From contig CAWELD010000010.1 of NCBI GenBank assembly GCA_963809895.1, positions 960,001 to 1,024,000 of the forward strand: a DNA stretch of 64,000 nucleotides. The letters run 5' to 3'. Below are positions 20,056-29,343 of this stretch, piece after piece; position 1 is the stretch's first letter, and the number at the start of each line of letters is the position of its first letter. The DNA comes from an uncultured Gemmatimonadales bacterium. Lineage in GTDB: Bacteria > Gemmatimonadota > Gemmatimonadetes > Longimicrobiales > Gaopeijiaceae. The position numbers and the translations under genes are program-made. Below the pieces are notes generated by a model. It ran no database searches. It was given only the letters and a program-made list of their open reading frames with translations, and was not told where the DNA came from.

Positions 20056-21091
20056 TCAGGCCGCCTCTTCGCTACCCGACGGACGGACGCGAATCCAGCG
20101 CTGCTGCTCCCGCCGCAGCGCGATCAGGGCACCCCGGATCGAATAGGCCACCGGATCGCCGGCGGTGGCGGAGAGCTCGGCGGTCACCCGGGTGCCCGGG
20201 ACCACACCCAGATCCAGCAGGCGTCGACGCTGGATGCCCTGGCAGGCCGGCGCCAGTCCCAACACTACCGCGCTGTGGCCGGTCTCGATGTCTTCCAGGG
20301 TCGCGGCGCCCGAGAGCGGATCGCCCTCGCCCGCCGACTGGCGCTGGACGGTGACGTTGCCGGCCGCGAGCGGGTCGAGCTCCACCTCGCGCCCATCCAG
20401 GGCGAGTTGCAGCCCACCCCCGCGGCGTCCCAGGAGCCGTACCGACATGGCGGGCGCCAGGCCGGCGCTCACGAGACGCTCGTACAGCTCGGGGGGCTCG
20501 TCCTCCAGATGCAGGACTTCGGCCTCGTCGCCTGGCTCGAGGCGGGTCAGGGGGATCCCGGTCGGGAGCGGGAATCTCACCGCTGGCCGTGGGGATCGGA
20601 TCACCGTGGGGGTCGTAGCGCGGATGCCCCAGGCGCGCAGCGAGACGCTCCACGTCGTCGTCGCTGAGGCGATGCTCCCGCTCTTCGGCCGACGTGTGCC
20701 AGTCGCGGGGCGCCACGCCCGTGCGATCGGCCAGGTAGCGCTCCCAGAGGCGGTGCGTGCGGATGACGCGGAGCGCGTAGGATTGCCCGTCGGCGGTGAG
20801 GACGAGCGGTGCGTCTTCCTGGACCAGGCCTGCCGCGCGCAACTGGCCCAACACCCGGGCCGCGTGATGAAGGCCGCTCCCGAGCGCTCCCGCGAGGCTC
20901 TCCATGGAGGCCTCCACCCCACGACGCTCGCACTTGTAGAGGTGCTTGAGGGCGTCCTCCATGGATACGCGCTGGCCGGCGCGGCTCCAGCGGAGGAGCT
21001 GCGCAACCAATCCCCGTCGCGGCCAGAAGAGCGCGGCCACGAGAAGTACCAGGAGGCCGAAGACCCCCAGCGCCAAGCGTGGGTCGGGCAT
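20056..21091 (-). pseudogene. DtxR/MntR-family metal regulator with N-terminal TM helix and two FeoA domains; one frameshift near 20565
   Basis: EDALKHLY, IRTHRLWERYL, AEEREH and PRYDPHGDPIP in one frame; FeoA domains (RRLLDLGVVPGT, GDPVAYSIRGALIALRREQ) in another; removing one C in GCTCCCGACC (minus strand) fuses them. May be a sequencing indel. Confidence 0.8.
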
Positions 21092-21114
21092 GGAACGATT
21101 CCCAGGAAGACAAA

Positions 21115-21132
21115 ATTTAGCCTATCCTAAAT
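21115..21132. promoter_or_regulatory. DtxR/IdeR-type metal box upstream of regulator-feoB
   Basis: ATTTAG-CCTATC-CTAAAT palindrome (TTAGCCTATCCTAA resembles TTAGG-N4-CCTAA) about 24 bp before the start. Confidence 0.7.
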
Positions 21133-21156
21133 ATGGTATTCGTCTTTCCAAACACA

Positions 21157-21192
21157 AGCCCCCTGACGACGCGCTGGCGCCGTCGGGGGGCT
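21157..21192 (-). terminator. Hairpin downstream of the DUF1328 gene
   Basis: AGCCCCC...GGGGGCT stem followed by TGTGTTT on the minus strand. Confidence 0.5.
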
Positions 21193-21241
21193 GGCGGTCC
21201 ACCGGTTGGTGGCCTGGCGTTGCCCGGAACCCATGTTCCGG

Positions 21242-21403
21242 TCAGACCCTGCGCCGACCCATGAAGAAGCCGAGGATCGCCAGGATCAGAAAGACGAAGA
21301 ACGCGATCTTGGCCAGTCCGGCGGCCGTACCGGCGATTCCTCCGAAGCCGAGCACGGCGGCGATGAGAGCGACGATCAACAGGGTCACGGCGAGACCGAG
21401 CAT
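21242..21403 (-). CDS. DUF1328 (YtjA-like) small membrane protein
   Basis: [33 protein letters not shown] signature; AGGAGG RBS. Confidence 0.9.
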   Translation of the reverse strand: MLGLAVTLLIVALIAAVLGFGGIAGTAAGLAKIAFFVFLILAILGFFMGRRRV

Positions 21404-21573
21404 GAGGCACCTCCTTGGGTTCGATGTCTGTTCGGCCGGGCGGCTCACCGTCCGGCGGGACCCGGGGGTCCGCCCCTTCCACTCGCAAGCCACGTGCCGG
21501 GACCGCGCGGTACGACCGTTGCATCAGTTTAGGATCGAGCGAGAACAGACACACGCACGCCCGGAAGGACACC

Positions 21574-22137
21574 ATGTCTTACGATCTCAGCAACAAGCGC
21601 ATCGCCATCCTCGCCACCGACGGGTTCGAGATGTCCGAGTTGGTCCAGCCCCTCGACGCCCTGAGGGCCTCGGGCGCGAAGGCCGACGTGGTCTCACCGG
21701 CCGAGGGTACCATTCGCGGATGGTCCGGTGGATCCTGGTCGGACCCCGTATCGGTGGACCGCACCCTGGACGAGGCGTCGCACGACGACTACGACGCGCT
21801 CCTGCTCCCCGGCGGTGTCATGAATCCCGACACCCTGCGCATGAACGAAGACGCCGTGCAGTTCGTGCGCGAGTTCTTCCGCGACGGAAAGCCGGTGGCG
21901 GCGATCTGTCACGGGCCCTGGCTCGTCGTCGAGGCCGGCGCGGCGGATGGACGCACCATGACGTCGTATCCTTCAGTGCGAACCGATCTGGAGAACGCCG
22001 GCGCGAACTGGGTGGACGACGAGGTCGTGGTGGATCAGGGGCTGGTGACCAGCCGCAGCCCCCAGGACCTGCCCGCCTTCGTGGACAAGCTCCTCGAGGA
22101 GATCCATGAAGGCGTCCACGCGGGTCAGACGCTGTGA
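21574..22137 (+). CDS. DJ-1/PfpI-family intracellular protease/deglycase
   Basis: IAILATDGFE, LLLPGGVMNPD, AAICHGPW and LVTSRSP motifs. Confidence 0.92.
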   Translation: MSYDLSNKRIAILATDGFEMSELVQPLDALRASGAKADVVSPAEGTIRGWSGGSWSDPVSVDRTLDEASHDDYDALLLPGGVMNPDTLRMNEDAVQFVREFFRDGKPVAAICHGPWLVVEAGAADGRTMTSYPSVRTDLENAGANWVDDEVVVDQGLVTSRSPQDLPAFVDKLLEEIHEGVHAGQTL

Positions 22138-22141
22138 CCTG

Positions 22142-23410
22142 TCACAGATAGCCTTCGATGACGCCCACCGCGCCGCCGGCGATCCGTTCCAGCGCGCCGC
22201 GCGCGGCCACCGCTGGGCCGTCCATGGGCTGCGCCTCCGCGACATCGTCGTCGAAGGCGCCGTCCATGGCCGCCACCAGCACCGGGTCGTCCACCGCGAA
22301 GCTGAACTCGAAGCTGAGCCGCAGGGAGCGATGGTCGACGTTGTGCGAGCCGAGCAGCGCGAGCCGGCCGTCGACGGTCACGCTCTTGGCGTGCATCATG
22401 CGCGGTTGGAACTCGTACAGCTCCAATCCTCCCGCCAGGTAGTCGGCGTAGCGGGCCCGGCTTGCCAGCCGGACCAGTCGCGAGTCGTTGGACGGGCCCG
22501 GCAGCAGGACCTGCACGCGCACGCCGCGTGCGACGGCATCGGCCATGGCCCGACGCAGCTCGACGCCGGGGAGGAAGTAGGGAGTGCGGATGCGGACCTG
22601 CTCTCGGGCCGCTCGCAATCCCATCCACAGCGCCAGTCGAAAATGGGAGATTCCGCCACCGGGGCGGTCCAGGAGTGGCACGGCCCGCGCCGAGCCCTCC
22701 GGTGCCTGCCGTGGCGGCGTGCCGAGGAGCAGGACGTCGCCGGTCGCCTGCCGCCAATTCTCGGCAAAGGCGCCCAGGAGGTCGGCGACCGCCGGACCCG
22801 TGACGCGATACTGATCCTCCCGCCAGGGCGGGCCCTCGGGGCCTTCGGCCCATTCGTCCGCCACGCCGACCCCGCCCAGGAACCCCACGGTGCGATCCAC
22901 CACCAGCACCTTGCGGTGGGTGCGCTGATTGAGGCGGTCCAGGGACGGCCGCCCCAGAGGGTGGAAGCGTGCCACCTGGGCCCCGGCCTCCTCGAGGCGG
23001 ACGAGGTCTTCCTGGGCGCCGAAGCTTCCCAGACCGTCCACCAGGACCCGGACCGCCACACCCCGGCGTGCGGCCCGCTCCAGGGCGTCCACAACCCTGG
23101 ACGCCACCCGTCCTCTCCGGAAGAGGTAGGTGAGGAAGTCCACCGACGAGGTGGCCTCCGCGACGGCCGCACCCATGGCCGGAAAGATCTCTCCCGCGTC
23201 ACGCTTGAGCTCGAAGTGGTTGCCCGATCGCACGGGGGCGATGAGGTGCCCTGCCAACGAATCGAGGAGGGTGGCTCCAACCGGGGGATCCCGGGGTATG
23301 ACACGGTCCAGCGCGGGTGGATCGACGCCGGGGCGAGCCACCCAGAACGCGGCGACGACCAGCGCTGCGCCGGCCGCGCCGGCCACCAGCAGAATCAGGC
23401 TCGGCGTCAC
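22142..23410 (-). CDS. cls: Cardiolipin synthase (PLD superfamily)
   Basis: Two HKD motifs, RTHRKVLVVD and MMHAKSVTVD; N-terminal TM segment. Confidence 0.85.
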   Translation of the reverse strand: MTPSLILLVAGAAGAALVVAAFWVARPGVDPPALDRVIPRDPPVGATLLDSLAGHLIAPVRSGNHFELKRDAGEIFPAMGAAVAEATSSVDFLTYLFRRGRVASRVVDALERAARRGVAVRVLVDGLGSFGAQEDLVRLEEAGAQVARFHPLGRPSLDRLNQRTHRKVLVVDRTVGFLGGVGVADEWAEGPEGPPWREDQYRVTGPAVADLLGAFAENWRQATGDVLLLGTPPRQAPEGSARAVPLLDRPGGGISHFRLALWMGLRAAREQVRIRTPYFLPGVELRRAMADAVARGVRVQVLLPGPSNDSRLVRLASRARYADYLAGGLELYEFQPRMMHAKSVTVDGRLALLGSHNVDHRSLRLSFEFSFAVDDPVLVAAMDGAFDDDVAEAQPMDGPAVAARGALERIAGGAVGVIEGYL

Positions 23411-23502
23411 GCGCCGCCTCCGGTTGGCATTACCCTTGCGGGATTCAGCGAGCGTCGTTCAACCAGGTATACCCGTACCCGATTCCAGATGGAGCGCACT
23501 CC

Positions 23503-24189
23503 ATGATTCATAGACGTCCTCGGCTGGCCTCGTGTTCTGCCGCACTGCTCCTTGTGACCCTCGTGGCCGGAGGCTGTGCCAGTTGGAGCAACACCGAGAA
23601 GGGTGCGGCCACCGGCGCCGGCGCCGGTGCCGTCGTGGGCGGGGTCATCGGCAAGGCGGCCGGATCGACGGCCAAAGGAGCCATCCTCGGCGCCGTGGTC
23701 GGAGGCGCCGCCGGCGCCGCCATCGGGCACCAGATGGACGAGCAGGCCGACGAGCTCCAGGACAGCCTGGACAACGCCACCGTGGAACGCGTGGGCGAAG
23801 GCATCCAGGTGACCTTCGATTCCGGGATCCTCTTCGACTTCGATTCCTCCACGCTCCGCCCCGAGGCCAGAGACAACCTCCGAAATCTCGCCGAGAGCCT
23901 GGTGGACTACGAGGGCACCAGGGTTCTCGTGGTGGGTCACACCGACGCGCGGGGCACGGACGAGTACAACCAGGCCCTCTCCGAGCGGCGTGCCACTGCC
24001 GCCCGGGTCTACCTCATGGAGCAGGGCCTGCAGCCGGATCGGATCGAGGCGGTGGGCCGTGGCGAAGCCGAGCCCGTGGCGTCGAACGAGACCGACGAGG
24101 GGCGCCAGCAGAACCGGCGTGTCGAAGTGGCCATCTTCGCCAGCAAGGACATGCAGGCCGAGATGCAGCGTCGCTACGGCGGCGGCTGA
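23503..24189 (+). CDS. OmpA-family lipoprotein with glycine zipper
   Basis: Lipobox AGGC; GAVVGG repeats; GHTD, YNQALSERRA and NRRVEV motifs. Confidence 0.92.
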   Translation: MIHRRPRLASCSAALLLVTLVAGGCASWSNTEKGAATGAGAGAVVGGVIGKAAGSTAKGAILGAVVGGAAGAAIGHQMDEQADELQDSLDNATVERVGEGIQVTFDSGILFDFDSSTLRPEARDNLRNLAESLVDYEGTRVLVVGHTDARGTDEYNQALSERRATAARVYLMEQGLQPDRIEAVGRGEAEPVASNETDEGRQQNRRVEVAIFASKDMQAEMQRRYGGG

Positions 24190-24238
24190 CGCCAGGAGCC
24201 GTGGGGGGGTCCCGGTGGCGACGCCGGGGCCCGCCGCG

Positions 24239-26476
24239 TCAGGCGCGACTGGACCCGTGGAGAGTCCGTGCCGCCGCCACGATGTCGGCGGTCCGCATCA
24301 GCACGGCATCGGCGGCGGGACCCAGGGGAACGAAGGAATCCCGGGAGCGTACGGAGGCGAGCTGTCCCGCATACCCGGCTTCGGCCAGGTGCGCGATCAC
24401 CGCGTCGGCGATGCCGCCTCCGGTTTGCCGGCACTCGTCGACCACCAACACGCCGGCCGCGCGGGCGGCTTCTCGTCGAATGGCGGTCAGCGGGAGGGGA
24501 TTCAGCCACCGGACGTCCATCACTCGCGTCCTGATCCCGTGATCGCGGTCCAGAATGCGCTGGGCCCGGAGGCTCATGCGCAGACCGTTGGCGTAGCTCA
24601 CCACCAGGATGTCGCCCTCGCCGTGTAGCCCCACCTCGCCGGGCAGGAGGGCTTCACCGGGCGGAGGGTAGTCGCTCAGCCAGGCCCCGTCGCCCTCTTC
24701 GTGCAGATCCTTCTCGTGGTAGAGCGCGATGGGCTCCAGGAAGCACACGACGCGCCCGCACTCCCGGGCCATGGCCAGGGCCCCCCGGAGCAGTCGGACC
24801 GCGTCGTCTCCCCGCGAGGGGGCCACCAACACCAATCCCGGAATGTCCCGCAGGCCCCCGATGCTGTCGTCGTTGTGGAAGTGCCCGCCGAACCCCTTCT
24901 GGTACGCGAAGCTGGCGATGCGAACGACCATGGGGTTCGTGAACTGTCCGTTGCTGAAGAAGGACAGGGAGGCTGCTTCGCCTCTGAGCTGGTCCACGGC
25001 GTTGTGGACGTAGGCCAGATACTGGATCTCCGGAACGGGGAGAAGCCCGAGCAGGCCGGCGCCCTGGGCCAGGCCGAGGATGCTGGTCTCGTCGAGATGC
25101 GTATCCACGACGCGGGTGACGCCGAAGCGCTTCTGCAGCCCGGCCGTGACGTAGTAGACCCCTCCCTTGCGCCCCACGTCCTCGCCGAAGACGAGGATCT
25201 CGGGCCGTCGGAGCATCTCGTCGGCCAGTGCGGCGCTGATGTGGGCGGCCATGGTGCGGCGAACCGGCGAGGTGACTCGCTCGGGAAGCTCTCCCTTCCA
25301 GAACGCCTCGCGGCGCTCGGCGTCCACCGTGGCCGTGGCGGAGGCCCGGACGCGATCCGGATCCCAGGGTGCCAGGGGCGCCATGATCTCCTCGGCCGAC
25401 TCGAGGTGCTCTCGCCCGACGGCCTGGGCGCTGGCCTCGGCCACTCGCTGCTGAACATGGGTCCACAGCAGGCTCAGCGCGTGAGGCGTGGCGGCGCCGG
25501 TCGCCACCAGTTGGCGGGCATTCTGCAGGATGGGGTCTCTGGCCTCTGCGGCCTCGATCTCGGACTGCGTACGGTAGGCGGTTTCGATGTCACTGCCGGC
25601 GTGGCCCCACAGTCGCACGCACACCAGTCTCAGGAAGACCGGCATGCGCAGCGACCGGCAGGTGTCCACGGCCTCCCTGGTGACGTCCCAGATCCGATCC
25701 AGCGAGCCTTCGGCCTCGAAATAGCGCATGTGCGGGAACGACGAGAACGTCTCGCGGATCCAGCGGCGCGGCGTGTCCACGCTGATCCCCAGCCCGTTGT
25801 CCTCGCACACGAAGAGGATGGGCATGGGATTGCCCCGGCGACTGCCGTACCGGGCCGCGGAGAAGCCGCTCAGCGCAGTGGCGTGGTTCGCCGAGGCGTC
25901 GCCGAAGGAGCACATGACGATGCTGTCGTTGGGCAGGCCGGTGTCCACTCCCATGCGGCGGGCGCGGGCGAGGGCGAACGCGGTTCCCACGGCCTTGGGC
26001 AGATGCGAGGCGATGGTGCTCGTCTGCGGCGGCACCCACAGCTCGCGGCTCCCCCACACCTTGTGGCGCCCCTGGCCCACGGGGTCGTCCTTGGCCGCGC
26101 ACAGCGACAGGAGCGTGTCCAGCACCGGATCCGGCGTGTGGCCCCGCCGCGCTCGCGCCATCATGAATCCCCCGGAGCGATAGTGGAGGAAGCAGGGGTC
26201 CGTCGTCTGGAGGAGGGTGCCCACCACCGCGTTCTGCTCGTGCCCCGCGGAGGAAATCGTGTAGAAGCTCTCGCCCAACGCCTTGAGCCGCCGGGCTTCG
26301 GCATCCAGGGCCCGACTGAGGAGCTGGTCTTCGAAGATCTCGAGCGCCTGGCCCACCGTCAGACCGGCGTCGTCGACGAGAGACTCCTGGTGACTCCGTT
26401 GACGAGCCGCTGGCGCGGCCTCCGCCAGGAACCGTTCGAGGTTGCGTTCGGTGACGTTGACGCGTTCGATGCTCAA
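24239..26476 (-). CDS. Fused E1 alpha/beta 2-oxoacid dehydrogenase (TPP-dependent)
   Basis: FGDAS...EDN TPP motif; FGEDVGRKGGVY, PEIQYLAY and GGHFHND motifs. Confidence 0.9.
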   Translation of the reverse strand: MSIERVNVTERNLERFLAEAAPAARQRSHQESLVDDAGLTVGQALEIFEDQLLSRALDAEARRLKALGESFYTISSAGHEQNAVVGTLLQTTDPCFLHYRSGGFMMARARRGHTPDPVLDTLLSLCAAKDDPVGQGRHKVWGSRELWVPPQTSTIASHLPKAVGTAFALARARRMGVDTGLPNDSIVMCSFGDASANHATALSGFSAARYGSRRGNPMPILFVCEDNGLGISVDTPRRWIRETFSSFPHMRYFEAEGSLDRIWDVTREAVDTCRSLRMPVFLRLVCVRLWGHAGSDIETAYRTQSEIEAAEARDPILQNARQLVATGAATPHALSLLWTHVQQRVAEASAQAVGREHLESAEEIMAPLAPWDPDRVRASATATVDAERREAFWKGELPERVTSPVRRTMAAHISAALADEMLRRPEILVFGEDVGRKGGVYYVTAGLQKRFGVTRVVDTHLDETSILGLAQGAGLLGLLPVPEIQYLAYVHNAVDQLRGEAASLSFFSNGQFTNPMVVRIASFAYQKGFGGHFHNDDSIGGLRDIPGLVLVAPSRGDDAVRLLRGALAMARECGRVVCFLEPIALYHEKDLHEEGDGAWLSDYPPPGEALLPGEVGLHGEGDILVVSYANGLRMSLRAQRILDRDHGIRTRVMDVRWLNPLPLTAIRREAARAAGVLVVDECRQTGGGIADAVIAHLAEAGYAGQLASVRSRDSFVPLGPAADAVLMRTADIVAAARTLHGSSRA

Positions 26477-26682
26477 GGGGACTCGTTGCGCTCGGGAAAA
26501 CGGTCGACAGCCGGCGCACTACACTATGCGCACCCGCGCGGCAGGCAACCTCCAGAGGCGCGCGAGGCCGGCGTCTTGACGCCTGGGTCTTGCTTCCGCG
26601 CCGCCGTGGAGCAGAATTGAGGATCGAAGAGAAAGTCGGCCCGCGGGTCGACCCCACCCTCGCTCCGGCCGGCAGCTCCGCG

Positions 26683-27132
26683 ATGACGAACCTCACGACC
26701 CCCGAAGATTTCGAGACGGTTCTTCGTTTCGCCTTCGGCATCGCGGACCGCGGCGTGCCCCTTACACTCGTCTCAATGGCCATGGTCTCGCTGGCCGTGG
26801 ACGGCTCCGAGCCCAGCCCGGTGCTCGAGGAGCGCTTGCGGGAGCTGGTGGCCGGCCGTTGCCGGCGCACGGACCGGGTGGCGGCATTGGGCCAGGGCCG
26901 CTTCCGGGCGCTCCTGGCCGTGTGCAACCGCCAGGGCGCCCTCATCTTCGCCGACCGCGTCGTCGAAGCGGTGGAGGACATCCTCGCCGACGCCGGCGTC
27001 ACCCTCGCGTGCGGCGTGGCCACCTGGACACCGGACATGAACGCGCCGGACGAGCTCGTCACGGCGGCGGACCACGCCCTCGAGAGGGCCCGCGAGCTCG
27101 GCGGTGACCGCATCGAGGTCCACGTGGGATGA
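26683..27132 (+). CDS. Stand-alone degenerate GGDEF-domain protein
   Basis: RRTDRVAALGQGRF replaces RxGGDEF; TLACGVATW and ADHALERARELGGDRI C-terminal signature. Confidence 0.75.
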   Translation: MTNLTTPEDFETVLRFAFGIADRGVPLTLVSMAMVSLAVDGSEPSPVLEERLRELVAGRCRRTDRVAALGQGRFRALLAVCNRQGALIFADRVVEAVEDILADAGVTLACGVATWTPDMNAPDELVTAADHALERARELGGDRIEVHVG

Positions 27133-27183
27133 GCGCGCTCCCGGGCTGAGCCCGGCGTGTGAACCGGTCCTGAGGTGAGGTAG

Positions 27184-27215
27184 GACGGCCGACGCTCATC
27201 CGGGCGTCGGCCGTC
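27184..27215 (+). terminator. 12-bp-stem hairpin between the GGDEF gene and the cytochrome operon
   Basis: GACGGCCGACGC-N8-GCGTCGGCCGTC; no U-tract. Confidence 0.4.
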
Positions 27216-27329
27216 GTCGTAGCTGGAGCCCCGGAAGGCAGTCACCTGAAATCCCTGGTCGGCATCAACGTACAAAGCTTCAAAGGTTGACGAGACCGAA
27301 GTTCAATCTTCCTCCGACCGGGAGTGTTC

Positions 27330-27803
27330 ATGAATCACCTTCGTTCGATGACCTGGCTCGCCCTCTTCCTGGTGGGCGCCTTCATGGTGGCTTGCGGCGA
27401 CAGCGGAACCGGTCCCGGTGAGGGTGGCGGTGGCGGCGGCGGAGGTGGTGGCGGAGGTGGCGGCGGCGGACCGGTGGTCAAGGCCGATCCGTCGTTCGCC
27501 AACGACATCCAGGAGATCTTCTCCCGACGCGGGTGCACGGACAGCGGTTGTCACGGCGCGGCGCAGTCGGCGGGGCTCGATCTGCGCACCTCGGTGGCCT
27601 GGGAAAACCTCGTCGGTGTCGATGCCATGTCGGAGGACGCCGTGCGGGTCATTCCGGGCAACGCCCAGGACAGCTACCTGGTGATCAAGCTGGAAGGGCG
27701 GCAGTCGGTGGGCGTGCGCATGCCCAATGGGCAGGCGCCTCTGAACGACACCGACCTCACGAACATCCGCAACTGGATCAATCAGGGTGCAAAGAACAAT
27801 TGA
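27330..27803 (+). CDS. Putative c-type cytochrome lipoprotein with poly-Gly linker
   Basis: Lipobox VAC; long Gly run; CTDSGCH (CX4CH); RVIPGNAQDSYLVIKL, RMP and IRNWINQGAKNN motifs. Confidence 0.7.
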   Translation: MNHLRSMTWLALFLVGAFMVACGDSGTGPGEGGGGGGGGGGGGGGGGPVVKADPSFANDIQEIFSRRGCTDSGCHGAAQSAGLDLRTSVAWENLVGVDAMSEDAVRVIPGNAQDSYLVIKLEGRQSVGVRMPNGQAPLNDTDLTNIRNWINQGAKNN

Positions 27804-27810
27804 GGTCGCG

Positions 27811-28449
27811 GTGACCGAGAGACCGTCAGCGGCGATGCGCCGCTGCCCGGGGAGGCTCGTGGTGGTGGCCGCTGTGCTGATGGCGGCCGCCGCCCAGCCC
27901 AGCGGTGCGTCGGCGCAGGAGTACCACGTGGACGTGAATGCCGACAACGTGGTGCGTTTCATCTCCCATGCGACCATCGACGACTTCGAGGGTGTCACGG
28001 GCAAGATCGACGGCTACGTGCTGCTCGACGGCCAGGGGGTGCGCTCCGCCGATACTCCCATCGACGGATCGGAGCTCTACTTCGAGGTCGACCTGGCCTC
28101 TCTGGACACCGGAATCGGCCTACGAAACCGGCACATGCGGGACAACTACCTGGAGGTGGACGAGCATCCCTACGCCTCGTTCAAGGGCACGGTGGACCGG
28201 ATCGAGTCCACCGCCTCGGGCTGGCGCGTCACCTCGTCGGGCACCTTCGGCGTCCACGGCGTGGACCGGGACCGGACGCTGACCTGCGACGCCGCGCCCG
28301 AGGGCGACGGATTCCACGTCCAGTGCGGGTTCCAGGTCCTTCTGTCCGACCACGACATCGAGATTCCCAAGGTCATGTTCCTCAAGCTCGCCAACGAGAT
28401 CCAGCTCGAGCTGGACTTCCACATCGAACTCGCGGGGGCCCAGCCGTGA
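27811..28449 (+). CDS. YceI-family periplasmic lipid/isoprenoid-binding protein
   Basis: Signal peptide; LASLDTGIGLRNRHMRDNYLE and GTFGVHGV motifs; start uncertain (27811 or 27835). Confidence 0.88.
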   Translation: MTERPSAAMRRCPGRLVVVAAVLMAAAAQPSGASAQEYHVDVNADNVVRFISHATIDDFEGVTGKIDGYVLLDGQGVRSADTPIDGSELYFEVDLASLDTGIGLRNRHMRDNYLEVDEHPYASFKGTVDRIESTASGWRVTSSGTFGVHGVDRDRTLTCDAAPEGDGFHVQCGFQVLLSDHDIEIPKVMFLKLANEIQLELDFHIELAGAQP

Positions 28450-29309
28450 TGAAGATCCGAGTCCTTCCAGTCCTGTCGAGCGCCCTGGTGGCGGGCATGC
28501 TCCTCCTGCCCCGACCGGCCCGGGCCCAGAACCCCAACTGGCAGCGGAGCGGCGGGCCGACGCAGCCCCGGCTCGCCCTCTTCCACTCGACGCAGGCGGT
28601 GAACCTCCCCACCGCCGAGACGCTGTCGAAGGGCGAATGGCTCTTCGAGATCGCCCATCGTTTCGCGCCCCGTATCTCCGACGCCCAGGACGCGCTCTTC
28701 GGCCTCGACGGGCCGGTCTTTCTGCGGCTGGGTCTGTCGTACGCGTTCTCCGATCGGGGGATGGTCCGTGTAGAGCGCAGCAACCTGCAGGACAACTACG
28801 ACTTCAACCTCAAGCTGAGGGTGCTCGAGCACGCCAGCGACGCGCTTCCGGTCATGGTCGCCGTCTCCGGAGGGCTGGGTTGGAACACCCAGGTGGGCGA
28901 CCGCGACAAGACGGACTCGCGCAACCTCCAGTACTACGGCGAGTTGATCCTGAACACGATGCTGGGTGAGCGCGTGGGCATCGGTCTCGTGCCCTGGGTG
29001 CTCCGCAATCCCGACGTGGAGGCCGAGACGGCGAGCACCACCGCCGGCGTGGGGATCCACGGACAGGTGTACCTGGGCGAGCAGTTCTCCGTGCTCGGCG
29101 AATGGAACGTGAGCGAGTCCGTGGCGGGGATGAGCCACGATGCGGGCACGCTGGGCATCGAGCTCGAGACCGGAGGGCACTTCTTCAAGATCGTGGTGAC
29201 GAACTCGCTCAGGCTGAATCCGTCTCAGTTCCTGGTTGGAGCGGAAGATCCCTTCGAGCCCGACCAGTGGCGCTTGGGCTTCAACATCACGCGGCTGCTC
29301 ACCTTCTGA
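28449..29309 (+). CDS. DUF5777-like outer-membrane beta-barrel protein
   Basis: FEIAHRF, LFGLDG, GIELETGGHFF and LGFNITRLLTF motifs; terminal Phe. Confidence 0.8.
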   Translation: MKIRVLPVLSSALVAGMLLLPRPARAQNPNWQRSGGPTQPRLALFHSTQAVNLPTAETLSKGEWLFEIAHRFAPRISDAQDALFGLDGPVFLRLGLSYAFSDRGMVRVERSNLQDNYDFNLKLRVLEHASDALPVMVAVSGGLGWNTQVGDRDKTDSRNLQYYGELILNTMLGERVGIGLVPWVLRNPDVEAETASTTAGVGIHGQVYLGEQFSVLGEWNVSESVAGMSHDAGTLGIELETGGHFFKIVVTNSLRLNPSQFLVGAEDPFEPDQWRLGFNITRLLTF

Positions 29310-29343
29310 GGTGCCGGCGAGGCGCCCGTCGGCGGCCGAATCG

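Noticed and set aside
27423..27470. GGC/GGT/GGA trinucleotide repeat
   Set aside because: Encodes an in-frame poly-Gly linker with mixed codons; not a CRISPR array or frame switch
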